NCBI GenBank assembly: GCA_973895155.1
Contig: OZ316894.1
Coordinates: forward strand, 21,609,867-21,673,866
Length of the DNA stretch: 64,000 nucleotides
Direction: 5' to 3'
Source of the DNA: Marsupella aquatica
Lineage: Eukaryota; Plantae; Marchantiophyta
A program made the translations under genes and the position numbers. Under the pieces are notes generated by a model, which worked only from the letters and a program-made list of their open reading frames with translations, made no database searches and was not told where the DNA came from. Each line of letters opens with the position of its first letter. Within the stretch, counting starts at the first letter, position 1. Shown here piece after piece: positions 1-10,599 of this stretch.

Positions 1-13
1 AGTTGTATCTCCT

Positions 14-3000
14 TTGTCACCAACAAAGGACAAATTGGGGAGTAATCTGGAAGGTTCAATGCCTATTTGGATGTCTGGGAAACGGTCTCATGAATTCATG
101 AAGACTGGATTTGGAAAGACGAAGAAGGCACTAAGTGGGGAAAATGACAGAGATTTTTGCAGTCTCCAAAGTGTTCAGCGGCTGAAGCAAATGCCAAAAA
201 GTAAAACCTTTGGTAAGCCAACGTCGGAAACATTTCACAGGGGGATGAGGGAAGAAACTAGACGACCAGTGTTATTGAAAAGTATTCCAGAAAAGAATTC
301 TAATGTGCGTTCCTCAGTTTTACCTAGGAGTCATGGTGTTGGGGCAGGGAGCGGATCAAGTCACGGAAACTCAAACAGGGAAACCAACCTGGTGGAGAGG
401 GACCCTAGGAAAATATTGAAAGGGTCCCTACAAGGTAATGGAGGGATTTCTGAAATACGCCCAGGTATTCCAAGGGTGCATAGAGTGAAGGAAGAGCCTC
501 CATCTCCGAAGGCTGCAGGTCTGGAATCTAGGCATGTTCAGAAGCAAATGTTGGTGACCATTTCATCATCGAATGAAAGCGAGTCTTCGGAGAGTGGGGA
601 GGATGATGATGTTCCGATGGCATCTAGTCATTACAAACATACGAGCAACGCCACTTTGTGTGAAACAAAGTTGAAAGAGGAGGATATCAAGAAAACAAAT
701 AGTAAGTACTGTTGTCAGAGTCATTGTCTCCTAAGTCTATCTCCAAAAGAAATTCGTGAGGCGCGTTCTAAATTTTTGAGGCAGAAATCTCAGGATCGAT
801 CTTTATCTTTGCAGTGGCTTATAAAGCGAGACGGAAATGAAGGAGGGAGGCAAACTATATCTTACACGTTTGGTCAAAAGAGTATTTGTCGGAAAGCTTT
901 CAAGCTTATATTTTGCGTTGGCAATCATAGATTAAATAGAATTTTGAAATTAGACAACCAAGACTTAGGATATTCTAAACCAGTTGGACGCCCTCCATCT
1001 GTTAAAAGATTAGTCTTGGTCAGTTGGCTTAGGTCGTTTTTTGAGACACGCGTGGAAACATTGCCAAATAAAGAAGTTTCACATTTACCGGATAATTATT
1101 CAAAGCTGGAGGTATGGAAGATCTACGACTCCAACTATGCCAAGATTGATGAATCTTCAAAAATATCCTATCGACAATTCTTGAAAGTTTGGGTTCAAGA
1201 ATTTGGTCATGTGAAGATTCCTCCAGTCAATCGATTCAGTGCTTGCGCGGATTGCGAGGAGTTCAAATCAATTCGGGACAAAGCTGTCTCGGAGACCGAA
1301 AAGAGTAAGTTACTTACAAGATTGACAAGTTTTTGTTTCAAGAATATGGCTTAACACATGATTTCTAATTTTTTTTGAAGAAACTAACAAGTTGTTTTTC
1401 CAGGGCGAGGGGAAATTATGTTACAAAAACATAGAGACCAACAATCCAAAGAACGTGAGAAACTCGCGAAGCATCGTAAGAAATGTTTTTCAAATTCTGA
1501 TAAATATTTGGGAGTTGTCATTGATGGGATGGATCAGAAGAAGACAAGGTTGCCTCATTGGCCGCGGCCCCCAAAATCGGTGGACGAAACATGTTTGATC
1601 CAAATGCACGTTGTCGGATGCCTGGTTTTCAATGGTGCACTATTTTCAAGAGTGTTTCTTAATTATCCTGTATTGCATAATGATGGAAACTTGACAGTCA
1701 CAATCCTGCAAAGGGTGTTTCACGAATGGGAAGAAAAGCCTGGTGGCTTGCCGCCTGTTCTCTATCTTCAACTTGATAGTACCAGTAGAGAAAATAAAAA
1801 TAATTTACTCTTTGCCTATCTTCATATGTTGATTCGAAGAAAGGTTTTTCGGAAAATCAAACTAGGATTCTTGTTGGTTGGACACACACACGACCAAATA
1901 GATCAAATGTTCAGTCGATTTTCTAAACGACTAGCAAGGTTTAAGGCATTCACATACGAAAGCCTATGTGATATTATTTGTGAATCATATCAACCCCAAC
2001 CAAATATCACTCTTTTAAAGGAAACATATGATTTCCGTCAATATGCCTTCTCAGATCCACCTTTAGTCATTGAAAGGATTCGAAATGTTACCTTCCACCA
2101 CCAGTACAAATTTGCATTTGACAAGTTGGAAGATCAAGTTCCAACCCAATGGGGGAAGAAGTTTTCCACGGACTCAACTTGGAAACCTGATGGAGGCGTG
2201 AAATTTTTGAGGGAAGAGGAGCCAGAAAAGGTGATGGGTTGTGCTCTCGGATTACCCCTTTTCAAAAAGGGGGATAAGAACGTTACAACCTGGACTCAAC
2301 CAAATATGTCTAGTTCTTCAAGAATGACTTTGAAGGAGATGGATGATTCGTTAAATGAGATTCAAAAGGGAATACTTGCAGTTGAAACTTTATTCTCAGA
2401 AGAGGAAGTGAACTGGTGGAGAATGTTTTTTGAAGAGCAACGGGAATTGAATAAATCTTTGCTCCTTGATCAAAGACCATTGATTTTCCCTTTTCAATGG
2501 CCACGCTCCCAAGGGGAGATTGCTGTTGCTGCTGAAGTTCCCAGAGTCCTTGTCAATGAAGAGGAAATTGAAGAGAGAGTATACGGACCTACCAGAGATA
2601 TATACGTGGGTCCTTATCGGAATCAAGGAAAGATAGATGCAGAGAAGGAGAATATGGAAGGAGACTTTTCGGATCTTGAAGTCAACACTTATATTTCTGT
2701 TGCTGGAGAAGAATCGGAAACATTTTGGGTGGCCAAGGTGGAAAGAATTGACCAGCGCGACGAGTTCAACATTCCAAAAATGATTTATGTTTTATGGCAT
2801 GCTGCAAAAACGGGGTCAGATCCTTGGAAAGCCAAGTACTTACCAGAAGTCTTAAACTACGAAAAGAAGAAAAGTGGTCGTGGGAAAGGAACTTTGAAAC
2901 CAATATGGTTTCACCAAGAGCTTGATTTATCTTCAACGACTGTTTTTGCTTACAACTTCATGTTGACAAAATCTGATACATTGTACAATTTAAAGACAGT

Positions 3001-3142
3001 AGATCAAATCAAAATCCGATTGACTGAATTTTTGGCAGAAGAGAAAGAGCAAGAACAAGAGAATGGATCAGCTAGAACCCCGCTAGGAGATAAATCTAGG
3101 GATATTTTGTTTCAAGAATTGAGAACTTCTGGATCTGAGTAA
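14..3142 (+). mobile_element. DUF7869 / RNase H-like DDE-type transposase gene (Sola-like, superfamily uncertain), 2 visible exons, may begin upstream of the window
   Basis: ORFs 14..1354 and 1418..3142 are in the same frame and joined by a 99-nt GT-AG intron (1305..1403, GTAAGT donor, CTAAC branch at ~1384). Motifs: CxxC (FSACADCEEF), IDGMDQKKT, LYLQLDSTSRENKN, FLLVGHTHDQIDQMFS. Confidence 0.75.
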
Positions 3143-3927
3143 TGAAAAGTAGTTATTGTTTGTGACATTACCATTGAAAAACATGGATAACTTGAAATTT
3201 TACAAATTTTCAAAATGCCTTTACCACTTATTCATGAATTCATGGTTAAAGTTTCTTGAGAAATTTGTAGTTTAATATTATCTTAGTGGGTTGTGTTTCA
3301 ATTCAATTAGATGGTGTCATTTCTATTCTCCTTGTCTTCTTTTCACAATAATGTGTATCAGGTTAAGTTGGAGTAATTTATTTTCTGGTTTTTAAATGAC
3401 AATGGCTTTTGGAGGTGATTTAGTTGTTGTTTCAAAAGACACCTCGTGTAATTGTGAGACCATTGTAGATAATAGTGTTGTATTTGAGATCATTTATTGG
3501 TGGAATGTAACTTCAGATGAATTTGGTCATTTTTAGGTGTCAAAACATAGCTAGTTTATGTCATATTTTGTTCGCTCCATATTTTTGCTCTAAAATAGGT
3601 GCTAATTTTTGCACTTTTTTTGACTTTTTCGTTGTTTTTCTGATTTTTTGGCTAGAGTTCCTAAAGTATGGGCTTGTTACTCATCATTTAAGGCTTCTTG
3701 TTCCAGGTGAAACTAAAAAAAAGGCGCTTGTGATCATGTCCTAGTCTTGGTCCTAGTTCAGACCATATATCTAGATCTGATTCGAAGTGTTGCCACCCAA
3801 GGTATGTGTGGACCAGGAGGGGTGTAGGGATTGTTCTGAAAATACAAGAAATCTCATTTCCTAGTAAATGTAGTGTCCAAGCGGGTGTCCAAGGCATCAT
3901 GCGTTGTACATGCATATATGCCTGGGG

Positions 3928-4205
3928 GAGGGATGTGCTTGATCAGACCCCTAAATCAATTGAGTTTACTTACTTGATAGGACCCTTGAAGTTTTGGGTA
4001 CATTGATTCAAGGTCAATCAACGGTCTGAATCACTAGGGGGTCCAATCAAGTAACAAGTTTCATTTTGGGGATCAATTGGGGGTCCAATCAAGTAACAAG
4101 TTTCATTTTGGGGATCAATTGGGGGTCCAATCAAGTAACAAGTTTCACTAGGGGGTCCAATCAAGTAACAAGTTTCATTTTGGGGTCTGATCAAGCAAAT
4201 CCCTC
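3928..4205. mobile_element. Mutator-like MITE, 278 bp
   Basis: TIRs GAGGGATGTGCTTGATCAGACCCC / GGGGTCTGATCAAGCAAATCCCTC; degenerate 9-bp TSD TGCCTGGGG / TATCTGGGG; internal repeats GGGGTCCAATCAAGTAACAAGTTTCA x4; empty-site homologue at ~11712-11760. Confidence 0.75.
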
Positions 4206-6103
4206 TATCTGGGGTGACTACTTCTCTGGGTGAAACTACGAAATTCTCTGGGTGAAACTACGAAAAGGCTGGTGCGAGATGAATGCACATGTATGTCACT
4301 CCAGCTCTTGTTTAGACTATCGTGTCTAGTTCAGACCATCTTGACCTGAAGTGCTGCCACCCAAGGCATGCAGGGTAATTACGGAGCAGGAGAGATATAT
4401 GGATGGATCTGACAAAGCAAAAAATCTCATTTCTTAGACAGTGAAGTGTTATGTCGATTTGCTTTCTTAGTGGACTCCTGTGATTTGCTCCCCCATTTCT
4501 TCATGTTTTCAAATAGATCACCCGGCTCTAATTTTGGTAAGATTGCTTATTATAGTGTTTAATAAATACTCGCAAACTTGCTTGGGGTTAGCTACCGCTC
4601 CCCCATTTTTTCATGTTTTCCCCGATGTTTTCAAAGAGACTACCAAGATCCAATTTTGGTGGTGCAAACTTGTTTGATCACGTACCAGTTATACTCGGGA
4701 AAATTCCTGTCCTAGAAAGTCACCAGCTAGACCAGGACTCTAGCTAGGCTAATTTTTGGCTCGATCGTATCTGAGCCAGACAATTCAATATATACTATAG
4801 AACATACTCACAGTCGACTGTACCTGGAGACAAATCGAGCTTTACATCTGGGAACACCCAATTCAACCATCGATCGAACACTATGGGAACGTCGATCTCT
4901 AATCGATTGAGCCGCTGAAATGCTGGAAGAAACTAACGTACTGATCCAAGCTCTGAGGCAGTTCGTCGACTTACAAGCATGGAATCTCACTCCCTGCTTG
5001 CAATCCCTACTTATTAATTAGCTCGAACTCTTTCTCTTCTACTCGCAGATGACTTCAGGGTAGTGCTACAAACGAGGGTGTGGAATGTGTATTCAAAACT
5101 AGCAGAGGCATCTAAAGTCCAGTCAGAACGGAAGTCACAGACTTGAAACCTGAGCTTTTTCTACCTCGTTTCCGACAATAGATTCTCAACTGTTAAGTTA
5201 TCCAAAGGAACTGCATGCATGTGAGTACCTATTGATTGAGCTTGAGCAAGGTGAAATGAACATGGAATTTTTGACGTTCTACTAATTCAGTCCTCAATTG
5301 ATGTCTGGGCAGATTCAAAATCAGTAGCTTGGAAGGTTGGGGGAAAGAACGAGGAGATAGTTCCTGTACTTCATCCGGTCCGAAGGAATTTTTTCCATTC
5401 TCCCAATCTCGGCTTGCTTTAACCCTAAATCTTTTATTTGTGTCATCAGAAAATGAAATAGAAGTCGGTTTGGGCTGGGTAGTTACATGCGCGTTAACTC
5501 AGCAATTTACTAAGTCCCAATCTCTCCAAATTGTTCAAGTCGACAAGGAGTGAAGTGAGTCTCGATCTGGCCTCGACTATATATAATTGAAATGACATCT
5601 GAGAACATTGAGATGACATCTGAGAATATTCTAACTAGCGAACTCATGCATTGGACCCCATTTCACAGAATCATCCATCCCATCGAAACTTAAACACGTA
5701 CTTGTTTATCTGATAGTTCAAAACGTCACACCAACAGTACCTATATACAGAACGTTACTCACAGTATTTCAAATTGCACTTCTTTCAAATAGAACCCAAC
5801 GAAGCTTCAAAGCTGTTCAGGGTACAATCTGTCAATTAAGCCTCTAGCTACCACGCCTAGCTACCACACTACCTTAACTAAGGCTGTGATACAACAATGT
5901 GGCAAGAACTACTGCCAGGAATGGGTACGATGACTCTATATAATTAAGCATTATTAAAGGCTACAATTGCGGCAACGAAAACTACACAAATGGCTTCAAT
6001 GTATAATGATGACACCAGCATAATGGATGATCCAGATTGGACAGCAACGGAGCAATATTTATTCTTGGTTATGGTTTCCTGACCACAGCCATCCTCGTGA
6101 TCC

Positions 6104-7249
6104 TTAATTATATCCCCCACGGCCGTCTGGCTGATTGTTATATCCCCCACGGCCGTTCGGCTGATTGTTATATCCCCCACGTCCGTTGGGCTGATCATTA
6201 TATCCCCCACGGCCATTCGGTTGATTGTTATATCCCCCACGTCCCTCCGGGTGATTGTTATATCCACCACGGCCTTCTGGGTGATCATTATATCCCCCAC
6301 GGCCGTCCAGGCCCGGCTGGGGTGATGGAGCAGGAGACGCTGGGGTTTGGAATGTCACAGTCAAGTGCATTCCAAACTGGCTGCAATGGCCGGCAAAGCT
6401 AGAAATGAATCCCACCGTGCCCGGAGTCGACGAGTATATGACAATTGGGCCGGTCGAACTTTTGAGTGCAGCGGAGGCATCGCAACTGGCAACGGCCTCT
6501 GGAAGGACCTCGATAACGTCTTGCTGGCCAACAGGGAAGTTAAAGCCTGCAAATCCAGATTTCGATAGTGTGAATGACTGAGAATCAATTATCAATAGTT
6601 CAACGGGATAAAGCTATTCAATCACCGCACGAAGATCGCTCTTGAAATGATCTAGCGGAAGATGATGACGCGCATTCGGATCGAGATGAAGGGCCTCGGA
6701 TATAGCTGAGTCTTCCATCGACCTGCAATTCTGTAATTCTCAGGAGCATAGGTAAAGATCCAACTTGTGTCGAAGTCGTTCATGCATGTAACCCAACCAT
6801 GCTACGGCAGCCAGATCATGGATGTCAAACTCAAATAAGCCGTCGGAAATCTATCAGTGAAGTCGCTTTGAATCGTTCGACGTATGTATATATATCAGGT
6901 GAGTAATTTCTTTGCAAAGCTTTCACAGGCGTTACATTCTAAATAACCAAGCACAAGCACTTCGCCTAAAAATCAAGAACGTTGATTTAAGTGACCCATG
7001 ATTCTCTTGAAGCATGACATCGAAAAAGAACAACTATGGAGAGAAATCAATTGCTTCTAAGGAAGCTAGAGACAACTTACTCAGACCGTCGCCGACGTAC
7101 AATGTAATGTTCTCGAACTGGTCATCATAGAATGTGGAGTTCGGGTGAAAGGTCCAGCCACCATCTCCACCGACATTGTAAACTGTCTGTGCAGCGCAAG
7201 TCACCAGCCCGAATGCTAACAACGAAGTGATTATCGCTCGAACTGCCAT
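6104..7249 (-). CDS. Phytocyanin (early nodulin-like, copper site degenerate) with C-terminal 7x GRGGYN repeat; exons 7249..7081 and 6546..6104
   Basis: Signal peptide MAVRAIITSLLAFGLVTCAA; YNVGGDGGW; GDGL|SFNF joined across a phase-1 GT-AG intron; QDV, C, FISSFAGHCSQFGM; Pro/Ser linker; 30-bp repeats. Confidence 0.88.
6107..6310 (-). repeat. Coding 30-bp tandem repeat, 7 cores, encoding (D/N)(H/Q)P(E/N/D)GRGGYN
   Basis: Plus strand shows (a/g)ttatatcc(c/a)ccacg(g/t)cc every 30 bp. Confidence 0.95.
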
Positions 7250-9603
7250 ACTGGCGGCACTTCCTCGATCGTTCCCCCAGCTGACGGTCGTTTCCCTGAG
7301 GCGATCGATTAATCTCTCTACCAAAAGTAACGCACTGCGAAGCCTTTAAAGGATCTGGAGTACTAGCAATATGATTCTCAACAAACTCGTGAGTTTGTTT
7401 CGTGCCAAACAAGAACTTGGAGCAGAAGATTCGATTCACCGCAAGAAATGGCGGGACAAAATAATACAAATTAAAGAAATAGACTTGGTCGATACAAACA
7501 ACAATGTTTCCCTATGATCTGTCGACCTTAGCTAGTGGCCTCACGCCCTGGCACTGACTTCTGGACCTTGCCGCCCTTATTGCCACCTCTCCCTCTCCCA
7601 GCCCGGGTAAATCTTGCTGCAAATTGAAACCACAGCAGCCCGAGCAGCAGCCGGCCGGGAAACCGACAACCTGGACATGCAGGTGGTATGTGACCGGGGC
7701 TGGTCACACGGAAGAACTTGCATCCTATGCTCCTCAACAATAGTTTGCTTATCAAGAGATGGTGACCGTCTCAAATTTCTCAATAACTGAGTTTCTTTGT
7801 GCCAAAACAACAGGGAACATAACACTTTGGGTCTAGATCTCAATACCGGCCTGAGTAGAATGATGTAGCACTCCTTCACACATATTTCGTATTATTTCCA
7901 TACATGAACTGAAAATGCGGAATTATAGTCTATTCATGCACGTCGACAAATCTGATTGACTGTTAATTTGGCGAGCACGATCATGCAACTGAGCAGGCAC
8001 TCTGAGAGACCTATCCTAGAAATGTACGTCATACGTACCTGATCGAGATCTATAGTCTGAACTCGCGCTGAGAGACCCGCCCCATCCTACAAATGTACGT
8101 CATACCTGAGAGATCTGGAGTCTGAACTCTTTGGAAGGTGTCACAGAACAAATGGCCCAGGGAAGGCCAAACACCGACCAAGATAGGATAAGGTTTAGGG
8201 AGGACAAACATCGAAGCAGATATGCATAACTGTGAGCTAGAACATACATGAATAGCAGTGGTCAAATAGATACGAATGATCATTATGTTGAAAGTATATT
8301 CGTCGAAGCCCTAAAGTTCTTTGAGACAACCCGGATGACTTGTGTCGCCAGGACGTTTTTCGTTGTTTAATTTTGTAACGGAAATTAAAACTCCGAGTCA
8401 TTAACAGCGTTTTCTCCGTTTAGGGACGAGTCACCTTGACCTCGGACAGTGTGAAATTACCGACAAGTTGCGTTATAGTTTCATTCATTGTACACGGGAT
8501 GACTCTCCAGGTGAAACTAAGATAAAAGCTCGCATGAGGTGATATTCCTGGATATCACCTCCAGTTCGTTATCCATTCACTACAGACGATCCTGCCCTAG
8601 TCGAGACAATCGAGACCTGAAGTGCTGCCCCCCAAGGTAACTATGGACGCGACCCCATTTCACCCCCAATAATTTTTGCGTTTTCCCTGGTTGGGGCAGA
8701 CAGTTGACAGTAACGTACTCCCTTTGGCCCTTTGGACCCAAATTCATGAAACGGCGAGCTGGTATCACGCATACAGTTTACGGAAACCTTTTCAATGACC
8801 ATTAACTGCCCCGGTACGTAGTGTCACGTGGTAAAGGTGGAGGAATCACAAGTGGTTAAAGGAGATCAAGGAGTGGGACCTCAAAAAAGAAATATATTTG
8901 GAAGTGGCCTGGGGTAGGGTAGCCATGGTACGATATATATTCGGTTTTGGGCGGATCCGGGTAGTGACATATACGTTAACTCAGCAATGTACAAGTCCGG
9001 GTGTCTCAAAATTAAAAGTGATTCTCGCTCTTGGACTATATATGATTGACATGACTACTGAGAATGTACATCGTAACGCTCTCTAATAATTAATCCATTA
9101 GCAATCTCATTTGACCCCATTTCACTGAAGTCCATCCCAAACTTCTACGCTTATATATTCATCATTAATCATATAGTAGTCCGAAAAGTCACACGAACAG
9201 TACTTTATGTCATTCATTGTGTTTCAATTTATTGCACTTCTTTCAAATAGAACCAAACGAAGCTTTAAACCTGTTCATCGGTACAATATTATTGTCAAGC
9301 CTCTACATCGCCTTCCACACCACCTTAAGACAGTGCTGAAACAATGTGGCAAGAACGTACATGTCCTTGTGCCAGTAAGATGTCCAGATGGCTGGGTATA
9401 TATTGTGACTCTATACAAGCATGATTTAAGGCTACAATTACAGCAACGAAAACTACACAAATCCTCACAAATGCTGCCACTAGCATAACGGATGATCCAG
9501 ATTGCACAACTCGAACAATTAATATTTTTGGCTATGGTGTCGTAACCTGGTACCCCGGACCACGGCCATCCTCGTGATGATTAAGTATATCCGTCATGGC
9601 CAT

Positions 9604-10599
9604 TCAACCCTGCTCGGGTGACGGAGCAGGGGAGGGAGAAGGAGACCCTGGTGCTAAGAATGTGACGGTCAGGTGCATTCCATACTGGCTGCAATGGCCG
9701 GCAAAGCCACAAATATATCCAAATGTGCCCGGAGTCGAGGAGAATATAACGATTGGACCGGTAGAACTCGCGAGTGGAGCGGAGCCATCGCAATTGGCAA
9801 CGGCCTCTGGAAGGACCTGGATAACGTCGTGCTGGCCAATGGGGAATTCAAAGCCTGCAAATCCACGTATACAGATTTCGATAGTGAATCACTAAAAATC
9901 AAATGTCAATAGTTCAACGTGATGTTCAAGTGAGCCCATAATCAGGAGAAGATTATCTCGAATCGATCGAGCGAAGATGATCACGCGCATTCGGATGAGC
10001 TGATATATATAGGTGAGTACGTCTCTGACCGACCAGTTTTATAGTACGTACTAAGAAGCACAGAGATCCAAACTGCGTTTCGAAGTCGTTTATATATCAT
10101 GTAAACCCAGCCGGCGATGCCACGGCAGCCAGATCATGGACGTAGTTCCAAATTAGCGGTTGGATATCGATTAGTGAAGTCGCTTTGAATCACTCGACAT
10201 ACTAGTTGAGGTATTTCCCTTGGCAAGCTTTCACAGGCGTTACTATTCGATCCAACTTAATAACCAGAAATAATCACTTCTCCTACCTAGATAAAAATCA
10301 AGAACTTTGGTCCTAGCCACGGGAACAAGTGACCCATGATTCTCTTCAAGACATCTTTTGGAAAAACGAACAACTTTGGAGAGAAATTAATCAATTGGTT
10401 TTAAGGAAGAGCTAGACAACTTACTCAGACCGTCGCCGGCATACAAGGTAATGTTCTTGAACTGGTCATCATAGAATGTTGAGTTCGGGTGAAAGGTCCA
10501 GCCACCATCTCCACCTACGTTGTAGATCGTCTGTGCGGTGCAAGACACCACGGCGAATGCAAACAACAAAGAAATTATTGCTCTCGCTGGAGCTGCCAT
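9604..10599 (-). CDS. Phytocyanin (plantacyanin/uclacyanin-like, intact type-1 Cu site); exons 10599..10425 and 9854..9604
   Basis: Signal peptide; YNVGGDGGW; same phase-1 intron as the paralog. Exon 2 translated by hand: FEFPIGQHDVIQV...NCDG...GYICGFAGHCSQYGMHLTVTFLAPGSPSPSPAPSPEQG*, giving His/Cys/His/Met ligands. Confidence 0.88.

Noticed and set aside
4035-4190. Regularly spaced repeats resembling a CRISPR array
   Set aside because: No unique spacers, eukaryotic context, and they lie inside MITE TIRs.
3928-4205. MITE right TIR as the end of the DUF7869 transposon
   Set aside because: It pairs with its own left TIR at 3928 and has its own TSD; host-repeat sequence lies between it and the transposase.
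5944-6402. Repetitive ORFs in other frames (GDITI.., YIPHG..)
   Set aside because: Shadow frames of the 30-bp repeat; only the GRGGYN frame continues the phytocyanin exon and shows synonymous-only core variation.
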